From contig ACYB01000037.1 of NCBI GenBank assembly GCA_000175855.1, forward strand, positions 60,001 through 92,000: 32,000 bases of DNA, read 5' to 3'. Below, in pieces: positions 1 through 9,307 of the stretch. The stretch is from Raphidiopsis brookii D9 (lineage in GTDB: Bacteria > Cyanobacteriota > Cyanobacteriia > Cyanobacteriales > Nostocaceae). Each line of letters opens with the position of its first letter. Position 1 is the first letter of the stretch. The notes under the pieces were generated by a model. That model did not search any database. It had not been told where the DNA came from and saw only the letters and a program-made list of their open reading frames with translations. A program made the position numbers and the translations under genes.

Positions 1-765
1 TTTTTCTATCTCCACAAATCGGGTTTGAGGAATTATCCCCTCCTGTAAGAGTTGGTTATAGCGAGCAACTTCTAGGGAATCCCGACGTAAACGGTTTTCA
101 GCCAATCCATAGGCAACTTGGGTAGACTGGATGTTATGTTTTACTTGTTCTACCTGTGTAAGTCTTTCCAATTTTTGCAACTGATATGCACTCTGTTTAG
201 CATCGAGATTTTCCCTTGCTTGATTTAATTGGGCAAGTTTTTCTAGGGATTGGGATTGATTTTGTTGTTTTTGAATATTAATAGCCAGTAACACCTGATT
301 ATATAACAATTCTATTTGGGTTTGACGATTGACTAAACCCTCTAATTTTGCCTGAGCTTCTTGTAATTGTGTGCGCACTAATTGAGAGTCAATTTCCATC
401 AAAGGTTGTCCAGCTTGAACCCTAGCACCTTCTTTAACATTAACTGCAACCACACTACCCATAACCGAACTATCTAACTTATGAGTTGCACCTTTTGGTT
501 CCATTCTACCACTAGCACTCCCCGTTTCGTCAATTTGAGAGAACATAATCCATGGTAAAGCAACTGCTGTAAAACTAACCAGTAAATACAGCATGGATCT
601 GGTCCACACTTTTGGTAAAGCATCTAATAATTCTTCCGTGCCATAAAACCAGTCTTTAACTGAAGTTTCTACCTGTTTGGGATTTTCTTGACTAATAATT
701 TCGGCAATTTGCGGTTGTTCTGATATCAAAATTGCTGAAGATGAATTATAGGTTGATTGTGGCAT
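1..765 (-). CDS. HlyD-family secretion / membrane fusion protein, 5' part only (gene runs off the left edge)
   Basis: Hand translation of the minus strand from ATG at 765: MPQSTYNSSSAILISEQPQIAEIISQENPKQVETSVKDWFYGTEELLDALPKVWTRSMLYLL..., then ASGRMEPKGATHKLDSSVMGSVAVVNVKEGARVQAGQPLMEIDSQLVRTQLQEAQAKL, which is the typical HlyD biotinyl-lipoyl-like region followed by coiled coil. Adjacent to a C39/ABC exporter on the same strand. Confidence 0.9.
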   Translation of the reverse strand, partial: MPQSTYNSSSAILISEQPQIAEIISQENPKQVETSVKDWFYGTEELLDALPKVWTRSMLYLLVSFTAVALPWIMFSQIDETGSASGRMEPKGATHKLDSSVMGSVVAVNVKEGARVQAGQPLMEIDSQLVRTQLQEAQAKLEGLVNRQTQIELLYNQVLLAINIQKQQNQSQSLEKLAQLNQARENLDAKQSAYQLQKLERLTQVEQVKHNIQSTQVAYGLAENRLRRDSLEVARYNQLLQEGIIPQTRFVEIEK

Positions 766-788
766 AAATTTCTCTTCCCTCAAGTTCA

Positions 789-3497
789 CTAACTAACTAC
801 AGATAACTGTTGTTGATTAAGATAGTAATAATTTCCACGTTTAGCAATCAATTCCTCATGAGTACCTTGTTCCACTAAAATTCCCCGATCTAATACTAAA
901 ATTAAGTCAGCATGACGTACAGTAGACAGACGATGGGCAATAATTAAACTAGTGCGTCCTTTAAGAATTTTCTGCAAGTTTTTTTGAATGATTCTTTCAG
1001 ATTCTGCATCCAGGTGACTGGTGGCTTCATCTAATATTAGAAGGCGCGGATTTCCTAATAATGCTCTAGCTATAGCTAAACGTTGTCTTTGTCCCCCCGA
1101 TAACATACCTCCTCCTTCACCAATTTGAGTTTCGTAACCCATGGGCATAAATTTAATAAATTCATCTGCACCCGCTAATTGTGCCACAGTAATGATTTCT
1201 TCTAAGGTGGATTCTGGATGGGCAATACTGATGTTTTCTCTAATTGTACCACCAAATAAAAATGTGTCCTGGTCCACAACCCCTATTTGAGACCGCAAAG
1301 ATTTGAGAGCAATACTTGTCACATCTTGGTTGTCTATTAAAATTCTACCATCTGTCGCAGGATATAATCCTAAAATTAGTTTGGATAGAGTGGTCTTGCC
1401 AGATCCACTTCTTCCTACTACCGCCACAGTTTGTTCAGGTTTAATGTGAAAGTTTATATTTTCTAAAATATTAATATCGCTATCTTTGTGATAACGAAAG
1501 GTGACATTTTCAAAGCGAATTTCTCCCCTTAGTTTTGACAGAGTTTGTCGAGGTTGTATAACTAAATCTTCTTCTACTTCTGCTTCTAATACATCATTAA
1601 TGCGCTCGGTAGAAACTATAACCTCTTGAAGTTGATTCCACAAAACAATTAACCTTTGAAAAGGCTGGATAATGCTGCCTAATAACATATTAAAGGCTAC
1701 CAGTTGACCAATAGTCAACTGATTTTGAATTACTAACCAGGCACCAAACCAGAGCAAGCCTGTTGTTGCTAAAGATTGAATGGTGGCACTAATTACTTGT
1801 AACTTATTACTAATTATTTGAACAGCAAAGTTTTTCTTGGTCAAATTATGTAGTAATTCTTCCCATCGCCATCTTACAGTTTGTTCTATAGCCAGGGAAC
1901 GAACTGATGAAATGCCAGTTAAAGCTTGAATTAAATAGCTATTCTCTTTGGCTAATGCTCCAAATACTTCACGACTAATACGTCTCAAAAAAGGTGTGGC
2001 AAATAATGCTAGAAAAACAAATGGCGGGACAACTGCCAAAACAAATAATGCTAGGGGTGGACTATACCAAAACATCAAACCCACATAAATAAATACTGTT
2101 AGTAAATCTAGAATAATAGATAGGGCTTCCCCGGTGAGGAATCGCTGAATTTTTTGGTTTTCTTGTACGCGAGAAACAATATCACCCACATAACGAGACT
2201 CAAAAAAAGACAAGGGTAGTAAAAATGTATGTTTGATAAATCCCACCAATAATGCCACACTAATTTTATTAGCTGTGTGATCTAATAAATATTGCCTAAG
2301 TCCATTAATCACCACTCGAAATAATCCAAAAATTAGTAAACCAAAGCCCACTGTATTTAGGGTTATCGTGCTCCCCTGAACTATGACTCGATCCAACAAA
2401 AGTTGGGTAAATAAGGGCGTTACTAAACCAAAGATCTGAATTAAAATCGAAGCCACTAGAACTTCTACGAGTATCTGAAAGTGAGGTTTGACTAACTCAA
2501 ATAACTGCCAAAATGGGCTATTAGCCTCCATGCTCTCTTGGAAAGACTTTGTAGGTTCTAATAATAGTGCATAACCAGTCCACCCAGCTTTAAATTCCTC
2601 AATCGTTAAAGTTCGTTGTCCAATAGCGGGATCAGCTACAATTACCTGTTTTTTGCTAATCTCATAGACTACTATGTAATGTTTGCCCTCCCAATGAGCG
2701 ATCGCGGGTAATGGTTGCTGAGCTAATTTATCTAAACTAGCTTTTACTGGACGGGTGGCAAAACCAATACTTTCAGCAGCACTGGTTAAACTTTTCATTG
2801 ATGCACCAGAACGGTTAACATTAGCGAGTTCTCGCAGACGATTAATACTGAAATTTTTTCCCCAATAACGGCTAATCATTACTAAACAAGCTGCACCACA
2901 GTCGGAAGCACTTTGTTGTTCAAAGTATGGGTATCGTTTAGTGATTTTATGCCACCAATTACTAACTGTAACTGTAGCAGTAGGGAAGTATTTTTGTAGT
3001 TTTTTCCGTTCTGGTTTAGGTGGTTGACTCCTTGAAGGAAGTTCAATGATATTCTGACTTGTGGTAGAGACTGGTGTTTCTAGGTGTGTTTTTAAAAAGC
3101 TATCCCAATTTTTGGCTTGGAGCAATAAACGATCTAGAACACTAGGCAATTGATTAATTACTACCTGGGGAAGATAACCAATCTTCAAATCTACGGAAGC
3201 TCTAACAACATAATTGGCAAAATCATATTTGGGAAATAATGTCAACTCCCCAAAGCATGCTCCTGATGTTAAAGTGCTAACTAAATTGTTCCTACTATCT
3301 AATATTCTCGCTCGACCTGATAATACTAAATAAATTCCTGGGCGGGCGGTTTCAGATTGCCAAAATTGTTTCCCTACAATAGGTTCAATGATTTCCAATT
3401 TTTGCAAACAATTTTCCAGATCCTTTTGATCCAGGGATTGACCCAAAATATGACTAATTTGGGCAGCTATATCTTCTTGAGAAAGGGCTGAAATCAT
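789..3497 (-). CDS. Peptidase-domain-containing ABC exporter (N-terminal cyclic-nucleotide-binding-like domain, C39 peptidase, ABC transmembrane and ATPase domains; HetC/SunT-like)
   Basis: 902 aa ORF. cNMP-binding-like GIYLVLSGRARILD...GACFGELTLFP; C39 motif QQSASDCGAACLVMISRYWG with His region GKHYIVVYEI; Walker A VGRSGSGKTTLSKLI; signature LSGGQRQRLAIARALLGNPRLLILDEATSHLD. Confidence 0.93.
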   Translation of the reverse strand: MISALSQEDIAAQISHILGQSLDQKDLENCLQKLEIIEPIVGKQFWQSETARPGIYLVLSGRARILDSRNNLVSTLTSGACFGELTLFPKYDFANYVVRASVDLKIGYLPQVVINQLPSVLDRLLLQAKNWDSFLKTHLETPVSTTSQNIIELPSRSQPPKPERKKLQKYFPTATVTVSNWWHKITKRYPYFEQQSASDCGAACLVMISRYWGKNFSINRLRELANVNRSGASMKSLTSAAESIGFATRPVKASLDKLAQQPLPAIAHWEGKHYIVVYEISKKQVIVADPAIGQRTLTIEEFKAGWTGYALLLEPTKSFQESMEANSPFWQLFELVKPHFQILVEVLVASILIQIFGLVTPLFTQLLLDRVIVQGSTITLNTVGFGLLIFGLFRVVINGLRQYLLDHTANKISVALLVGFIKHTFLLPLSFFESRYVGDIVSRVQENQKIQRFLTGEALSIILDLLTVFIYVGLMFWYSPPLALFVLAVVPPFVFLALFATPFLRRISREVFGALAKENSYLIQALTGISSVRSLAIEQTVRWRWEELLHNLTKKNFAVQIISNKLQVISATIQSLATTGLLWFGAWLVIQNQLTIGQLVAFNMLLGSIIQPFQRLIVLWNQLQEVIVSTERINDVLEAEVEEDLVIQPRQTLSKLRGEIRFENVTFRYHKDSDINILENINFHIKPEQTVAVVGRSGSGKTTLSKLILGLYPATDGRILIDNQDVTSIALKSLRSQIGVVDQDTFLFGGTIRENISIAHPESTLEEIITVAQLAGADEFIKFMPMGYETQIGEGGGMLSGGQRQRLAIARALLGNPRLLILDEATSHLDAESERIIQKNLQKILKGRTSLIIAHRLSTVRHADLILVLDRGILVEQGTHEELIAKRGNYYYLNQQQLSVVS

Positions 3498-3537
3498 TTC
3501 CTAAACTCCTATATTAGTGACTATTTGCCGGAGATCA

Positions 3538-4149
3538 TTAATGATTTGAAAGTAGACTAAATGACCAATTAAAACTAGGTTCCAAGTTGGATGGTAAATC
3601 ACAAATTGAAATACTCTTATCTTGATTCGTTGGATCTTTTATGGCATAGGGATTTTTAGCTCTAGTGGAAAGTCCCATTTCTTTGAGTAAACGATTAATA
3701 TGACGATCGCTAATGGTAATGCCCAATTCCTTAGCTAGATGTTTACTCAACCATTGAGCAGTCCAATTGCTAAAAGCATAGCCATATTCTCGAGGACTAT
3801 GACTAACTAAGTCTTTCAACCTTTCTAGGTACTGATTATTAACTGTTTTTGGTCTCCCTATCTTTCGCTCTTTCCATTTGTGTGACATTCCTGCTTCTCC
3901 TATACCCATCCAATATCTGGCCATTTCCTGGGAACAGTCGATAATCTCACAAATTTGAGATTGGGATTTTCCCATATCAGCTAATAAGATAATCTCAATT
4001 CTACGGCGATAGTCTGAGTGGGAATTGGTTTGCAAATTTTTTAACAATGTTTTACGTTCAAAGGGGGTTAGAAACTTGCTCTCGTGCTTATCGTAAATTT
4101 CATAAATCTTGTTGGTACTATTGGCATTAGAAGACATAATTATCACCAT
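3538..4149 (-). CDS. Helix-turn-helix / winged-helix protein resembling the N-terminal DNA-binding half of IS630-type transposases
   Basis: 203 aa ORF: RRRIEIILLADMGKSQSQICEIIDCSQEMARYWMGIGEAG...KERKIGRPKTVNNQYLERLKDLV...WTAQWLSKHLAKELGITISDRHINRLLKEMGLSTRAK. The HTH and winged-helix parts are present; no DDE catalytic half is seen. Confidence 0.7.
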   Translation of the reverse strand: MVIIMSSNANSTNKIYEIYDKHESKFLTPFERKTLLKNLQTNSHSDYRRRIEIILLADMGKSQSQICEIIDCSQEMARYWMGIGEAGMSHKWKERKIGRPKTVNNQYLERLKDLVSHSPREYGYAFSNWTAQWLSKHLAKELGITISDRHINRLLKEMGLSTRAKNPYAIKDPTNQDKSISICDLPSNLEPSFNWSFSLLSNH

Positions 4150-4550
4150 TTATCAAATACTGCAAAGTCTTAGAGTGACAATCAACTCAACTCAAATTAG
4201 AAACTCAACATTTTTCCCCCATAATAATTCATTCAAAAATCATCCAGTCTGCCATAAATTAATATTGGCAAAATTGACTCTTTATTTAATCCTATTGCTT
4301 ATCTTATATTAAATTTTTGTTGAATGTGACAATACTTTAGATTGATGAATTGTGTCAATCTGACTAAAATCCGTGAATGGTTGTTGTAGATGTAACATAA
4401 CCTCAGTCATTATGACGGACAAAAGTTCAGAACAGACAGAGTTGGTTCTGATTTTACTTAAGTGCGCCCAACATCACCACCAAATATCGAATTTACCCCT
4501 TTACCAATTATGGACAGTGGCTGTGGTTATGGACAAAAAGGCTAGACGGG

Positions 4551-4787
4551 TTAATAAGTTTTATTTCGTAATTTAAATAAACCACTCTTCAATAACTCCT
4601 TTTGTATCCAGTTTATAAGTTCTTGATTTAATGCTAAATCTTTTCCCCATGTAAGGCTTTCACCCCAAACAAACCAAGGATCTGAATGGATAACTAATTG
4701 ACGAAGCTTTTTGTCACCTGTAAGTTTTTTTATGGAGATATGATAACAACCGAAATTGCAGATGAAACCATGGGGTTCCATCACCAA
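4551..4787 (-). CDS. Small hypothetical protein or gene remnant
   Basis: 78 aa ORF (MVMEPHGFICNFGCYHISIKKLTGDKKLRQLVIHSDPWFVWGESLTWGKDLALNQELINWIQKELLKSGLFKLRNKTY) with plausible globular composition, but no recognised family. Confidence 0.35.
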   Translation of the reverse strand: MVMEPHGFICNFGCYHISIKKLTGDKKLRQLVIHSDPWFVWGESLTWGKDLALNQELINWIQKELLKSGLFKLRNKTY

Positions 4788-4936
4788 GCTTACTTATGGG
4801 GTTATTTTAAACTGATTACTCTTTAGGATAAGACCTGCAGCGCACTCACACCCTCCCGATGATGCTCAAAAATTCCCTGGGGAGAAGAGTGTTTATTCTG
4901 TCGGGTGTGTCTAATAGCATCGGATTCCTCCTAAAT

Positions 4937-4952
4937 CCCCTTAAAAAAGGGG
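4937..4952. repeat. AT-flanked palindrome CCCCTT-AAAA-AAGGGG, possible small dispersed cyanobacterial repeat or terminator
   Basis: Direct reading: aaatccccttaaaaaaggggtaattt, a perfect 6-bp stem with an A4 loop in the non-coding gap before psbI. Confidence 0.4.
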
Positions 4953-5163
4953 TAATTTTAGATTGAACGTGCTTTAAAATGGCTATAGCTATACTTACTG
5001 TAATATGTAAAAACTGACCCTAGTTTAACAGTAGTAAGAATATCAATAAGTTTGAGGTTCCATCTCCAAAAAATGGGTCTAATGTTGGGTAAGATAGTGA
5101 TGCTATCTTTTCTGCGGAGTGGATTGCTAATAACTTTTTTTCTTACCCTTGGGAGATAATCTT

Positions 5164-5280
5164 ATGGTGACTCTAAAAATCGTCGTTTATATTGTGGTTG
5201 CGTTCTTTGTGGGAATTTTTATCTTTGGATTTCTATCCAATGACCCCGCTCGCAACCCTGGCCGTCGCGATTTAGAATAA
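5164..5280 (+). CDS. psbI: Photosystem II reaction center protein I (PsbI), 38 aa
   Basis: Hand translation: [38 protein letters not shown], matching the remembered PsbI pattern (single TM helix then FGFLSxDPxRNPxRxDxE) and the 38-aa length. Too short for the supplied ORF track. Confidence 0.96.
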   Translation: MVTLKIVVYIVVAFFVGIFIFGFLSNDPARNPGRRDLE

Positions 5281-5418
5281 ACAGACACTTAATCATCTGC
5301 AACTGCTGGAAGATATAAGAAACTAGCCAGTTTACATCATTCTAAACAGGTCTCATCAAAAGACAAACATCCCTTGTACTTTTATGTATAAGGGAAAAAC
5401 TACCTATTAGCTTAATCT

Positions 5419-7473
5419 TTGTCAAACATGTTTCATCCAGCTTTGCCACCTAATTTACCTCCTGCTTATGAACACATACAACCTCAATCTAATTACTATT
5501 CGGCAGAAAATAAAACAGGCAATACTATTCAATTCTATTCCCGTCCAGTCAATAAAGCGATCGCCACTCCCAAACTAGAATTTACTACTTCAGTTCAACC
5601 TTCTGCAACTGGTTCACAAGCTCAACCTAGGATAGTGGAAGTGCTGTCGGACAAGCAAGAATATGACACCAATAGAAGAGTTGTAACAGCACTGGGAAAG
5701 GTTACAGTTAAGTTTGATGGAGCTATAGTTAATGCTGATCGATTACAGGTTAACTTAGACAACTTAATTGTGGTTGGAGAAGGTAATGTGGTGATCACCA
5801 GAGGTAGTCAGATATTACGGGGGGAACGCTTTACCTATAATTTTCTTCAGGATACAGGGAATTTGGAAAGTGCTAGCGGTGAGATTTATCTACCTTCGGT
5901 TGGTAGTGACCTAGATTTTTCTCCCGGTAGAGAAAGAAACCCAAGTGCTATGTCAAATCTGCTCAGTGAACGTATTCTTGCAAACCAACCAATTAGTCAA
6001 GTTACCAGCCCAGGAGGTGTTAATATTAACTTGGGTGGGGAAGTTGATGCCAGCAATGTTCCCGTGAGTAAAAGTGGAGGAGCAGTCAATCGCGCTAGAT
6101 TTGAAGCCCAACGGGTGGATTTTTATCCCCGTGGTTGGGAAGCTGAAGATGTGAGAATTACAAATGATCCCTTTTCTCCCCCAGAGTTGGAATTACGAGC
6201 ATCTAAGGTAAGGTTAAGACAAGAGTCTCCCTTAGTAGATCGGGTTACCACCCAGCGTCAGCGTTTAGTATTTGACCAAAATTTTGTTCTACCTATTCCC
6301 ATAGGTAGGCGGAAAATTGACCGTCGTAGGCGGGATATATATCCTTTTATAGTGGCCCCGGGTTTTGATAATGGTCAAAGGGGTGGTTTTTACGTGGAAC
6401 GTAGTTTTACCCCCCTGGATACGGAGACGACTAGATGGTCTGTAACACCACAGTTTTTTCTGCAAAAATCTATTGAAAATAGTAGTAATGTACCCGATCT
6501 ATTTGGGGTAAAGACTAAAATAAATAGTACCCTAGGTCCCAGAACTTCCATAGAAGGTGCGGGAGAATTAACTAGTCTCAATTTAGACAAGTTGGAAGAT
6601 AGTTCCCGAGGAAGTATAAGGTTAAAACAAGTAATAGGAAGAGAAAATCCTTACACACTCAACTTAGAATATAGCCACCGCGATCGCCTCTATAATGGCA
6701 CTCTCGGGTTTCAAACCGTACAAAGTAGTGTGGGCGGTCTGATCTCTTCTCCCCTGATCCCTCTCGGGAAAAGTGGTATTAACCTCAATTTCCAAGGCGG
6801 GGGTCAGTATATTAACTCTAACACAGATCGCCCCAGTCTGCTTTCACCTCAACGACAAAATGATCGGGTATCTCTGGGACGTTTGCAAGCTAGTGCATCT
6901 CTGGGCAGTGGTTTATTATTATGGGAGGGGAAACCCTTACCAGCAACCCCTAAACAAGGGTTAAAGTATACACCTAATCCCATTGTGCCTTACTTGCGTG
7001 CGATCGCCAGTGTTACGGGTACAACCAGCTATTATACCAGTGGGGATGAGCAAAGTAGTCTAATCGGGACGGTGGGATTGGTGGGACAGGTGGGACATTT
7101 TTCTCGGTCATTTTTCGACTATACAGGTTTTAACATTAGTTATTCTCAAGGTTTTAACACGGGAACTTCACCCTTTTTGTTTGATCGTTTTGTAGATAAT
7201 AAGGTAATTAGTGCAGGTATTTCACAGCAAATTTATGGTCCATTTCGTTTTGGGTTTCAAACAGCTATTAATGTAGACACAGGTAAGGCAAGCAATACAG
7301 ATTATATAATAGAGTATAATCGGCGTACCTACGGGGTCAGCTTGAGATATAGTCCTACCTTACAAATTGGTAGTTTTATGATTCGTATTAGTGATTTTAA
7401 TTGGGTCGGAGGTGCTGATCCTTTTTCTTTGGAGGAAGTGAAACCAGTGGTGGGGGGAGTTCGTCAAGACTAG
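5419..7473 (+). CDS. DUF3769 domain-containing protein, LptD/OstA-like outer-membrane organic-solvent-tolerance type
   Basis: 684 aa ORF. OstA/LptA-like region (VEVLSDKQEYDTNRRVVTALGKVTVKFDGAIVNADRLQVNLDNLIVVGEGNVVITRGSQILRGERFTYN) followed by a long beta-rich C-terminus. Confidence 0.85.
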   Translation: MSNMFHPALPPNLPPAYEHIQPQSNYYSAENKTGNTIQFYSRPVNKAIATPKLEFTTSVQPSATGSQAQPRIVEVLSDKQEYDTNRRVVTALGKVTVKFDGAIVNADRLQVNLDNLIVVGEGNVVITRGSQILRGERFTYNFLQDTGNLESASGEIYLPSVGSDLDFSPGRERNPSAMSNLLSERILANQPISQVTSPGGVNINLGGEVDASNVPVSKSGGAVNRARFEAQRVDFYPRGWEAEDVRITNDPFSPPELELRASKVRLRQESPLVDRVTTQRQRLVFDQNFVLPIPIGRRKIDRRRRDIYPFIVAPGFDNGQRGGFYVERSFTPLDTETTRWSVTPQFFLQKSIENSSNVPDLFGVKTKINSTLGPRTSIEGAGELTSLNLDKLEDSSRGSIRLKQVIGRENPYTLNLEYSHRDRLYNGTLGFQTVQSSVGGLISSPLIPLGKSGINLNFQGGGQYINSNTDRPSLLSPQRQNDRVSLGRLQASASLGSGLLLWEGKPLPATPKQGLKYTPNPIVPYLRAIASVTGTTSYYTSGDEQSSLIGTVGLVGQVGHFSRSFFDYTGFNISYSQGFNTGTSPFLFDRFVDNKVISAGISQQIYGPFRFGFQTAINVDTGKASNTDYIIEYNRRTYGVSLRYSPTLQIGSFMIRISDFNWVGGADPFSLEEVKPVVGGVRQD

Positions 7474-7491
7474 GATAGAAAGAAGAAAAAT

Positions 7492-7659
7492 TCAACATAA
7501 AGCTTTTGATAGGGAACTGGCCAGAAAATACCCCAACTCCACAGGTACTGCATTTCCAATTTGTCTCATAGATTCTGTCCAGCAACCAATAAATCTATAA
7601 TTATCAGGAAACGTCTGAATTCGTTTCGCTTCCAATTCAGATATATTTACAACACTCAT
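7492..7659 (-). pseudogene. 3' relic of a cytosine-C5 DNA methyltransferase (motif IX/X region only)
   Basis: Hand translation of minus strand: MSVVNISELEAKRIQTFPDNYRFIGCWTESMRQIGNAVPVELGYFLASSLSKALC*. The (E)AxRIQTFPDxYxFxG...RQIGNAVPVxL block is the C-terminal signature of C5 methyltransferases. No catalytic domain is present upstream; the next gene's stop codon is 30 bp away. Confidence 0.85.
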
Positions 7660-7688
7660 TCTTTTATTTGTGATTGAATTACAAACTT

Positions 7689-9203
7689 TTATTCACGATC
7701 AGTTAATGGTTTAACAACTTTGTCGATCGCCTCTTGAATAAAATCCCGAATAAACTTGTCCCGACGATTAATTTGAAATTGTTGCTGAACCACCTCCGTC
7801 ATTCCTCCATCACCCCAATCCTGATCATGGCGAAAATACTCAATAAAACTCTTACCAGCAATCTGGGTCAAATAAGCAGCAGTCACTCCCTGAATAGCAC
7901 GCCCAACTAAAAAGGTAGCAACGTGAAGTTGTAAAGCTGTAGAAAGCAATTCAATAGCGCCCTTAACTATACCTAAACCAGCAATAGTTTTGCCCAAAGA
8001 TAAGGCTAATTCCTTTCCCCTGTCCATATTTAAGTCACAACCATAAACCTTGCCAATTTCTACTACCATCTGAGCATTAACTGCTGCTGTGGCTAATAAA
8101 TCAACTACGGGTAGGGGGGTGACTGATACTACCCCAGCACCAATCCACTGATATCTGTAAACTATTTTATCAGCTTGACGACGACGCTGGGAATCAATGA
8201 GTTTGCGAGCTTCCTCCCCTAATCGTAAAGACTGTAATAAAATATTATCCGCTATTAAATCTTCCCCTTCAGCTCGCAATACAGCAGCTATGCGTTTTAG
8301 GAGAGGAACTATTTCAGGTTCTGGCCGAAAAATTTCCCCTCCCTCCAATTCCACCGCTTGGGGGTTAGCTGCGATCGCCACTACATCATTATGATTAATA
8401 TAATCCTTCACTCTTTCTCGTAACTTAATTAAAATAGCGTCTTTGTCTTCATCTTTATATAAATCAGTTTTGTTGAGAACTAAAAGCGATCGCTTACCAA
8501 TTTCTGCTAAACCCCTTAAAGGTTCATATTCAGAACGACGTAGGTCATTATCTACCACAAACAATAATAAATTTGCTTCTGTGGCCAAGGTCCTAGCTAG
8601 GTGTTCCCGTTCTGTTCCAGCAATCCCTGCTTCCAAAATCCCCGGTGTATCAGTAATTAAAATTTTTCGTTCTACCCCCTTCAAGCGCAAACAATAGGTT
8701 TCACCCACCTTAGTTGTCCCCATGGGAGCGTTTACCTCTCCCACCATTCGCCCCATAATAGCATTGACCAGCGAAGTTTTACCAGCACTTCCTGTACCAA
8801 AAACAACCACTTGGATTTCCCCCCGTGCCAAATTGGCTTCTATTTCCCCAGTTCGACTCAATAAAGCTTGACGGGTAACTTCATCTTGAATTTGTGCCAC
8901 TTGTTGACGAACTGCTTGTAAGGTAGTAGAAGCTGCATCCGACTTAACAGCGGGAATTTGAGCAGCAGTAACCCTGGAACGGGGAGATTTTGTTTCACCA
9001 GCAGGTAGAATTAATACATAATAAACAAAAGCTGCAAGTAGTCCTACTAGAAGTAGGACCAGTAGTAACAATAGTAAATTGCCTAACAAGGGAGAATAGG
9101 ACAGCTGCCAATATAAACGACTTAGGGAGTCAATTAACCACAGAGCTAATCCTAAAATTATAATTAAGCCAATTATAAGTGTAACTATACGAGACAAAGG
9201 CAT
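7689..9203 (-). CDS. Membrane-associated Era/HSR1-like GTPase with DUF697-like C-terminal region
   Basis: 504 aa ORF. Two N-terminal TM segments, Walker A FGTGSAGKTSLVNAI, DTPG motif ILITDTPGILEAG, NKTD motif LLVLNKTDLYKD, and hydrophobic C-terminal YRYQWIGAGVVSVTPLPVVDLLATAAVNAQMVVEIGKVYG. Confidence 0.88.
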   Translation of the reverse strand: MPLSRIVTLIIGLIIILGLALWLIDSLSRLYWQLSYSPLLGNLLLLLLVLLLVGLLAAFVYYVLILPAGETKSPRSRVTAAQIPAVKSDAASTTLQAVRQQVAQIQDEVTRQALLSRTGEIEANLARGEIQVVVFGTGSAGKTSLVNAIMGRMVGEVNAPMGTTKVGETYCLRLKGVERKILITDTPGILEAGIAGTEREHLARTLATEANLLLFVVDNDLRRSEYEPLRGLAEIGKRSLLVLNKTDLYKDEDKDAILIKLRERVKDYINHNDVVAIAANPQAVELEGGEIFRPEPEIVPLLKRIAAVLRAEGEDLIADNILLQSLRLGEEARKLIDSQRRRQADKIVYRYQWIGAGVVSVTPLPVVDLLATAAVNAQMVVEIGKVYGCDLNMDRGKELALSLGKTIAGLGIVKGAIELLSTALQLHVATFLVGRAIQGVTAAYLTQIAGKSFIEYFRHDQDWGDGGMTEVVQQQFQINRRDKFIRDFIQEAIDKVVKPLTDRE

Positions 9204-9307
9204 GGTTCACACGTAAATCTAATAAATTTCCAATGTGAGAAATAATCAACCATATTACAGTTATCATAATCTAGTGCCACCCCCCCCCATATTAATAGTA
9301 AGTATCT

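Noticed and set aside
4109-4576. Plus-strand ORFs 4109..4312 and 4373..4576
   Set aside because: Low-complexity AT-rich translations, one overlapping the start of the HTH gene; no protein-like pattern.
7397-7585. Minus-strand 62-aa ORF MLDRIYETNWKCSTCGVGVF...
   Set aside because: It is the wrong frame of the methyltransferase relic and runs into the DUF3769 3' end; the informative frame is 7492..7659.
8197-8697. Plus-strand ORFs 8197..8394 and minus-opposing 8443..8697 within the GTPase gene
   Set aside because: Antisense to a well-supported 504-aa GTPase CDS; compositions are typical of shadow ORFs.
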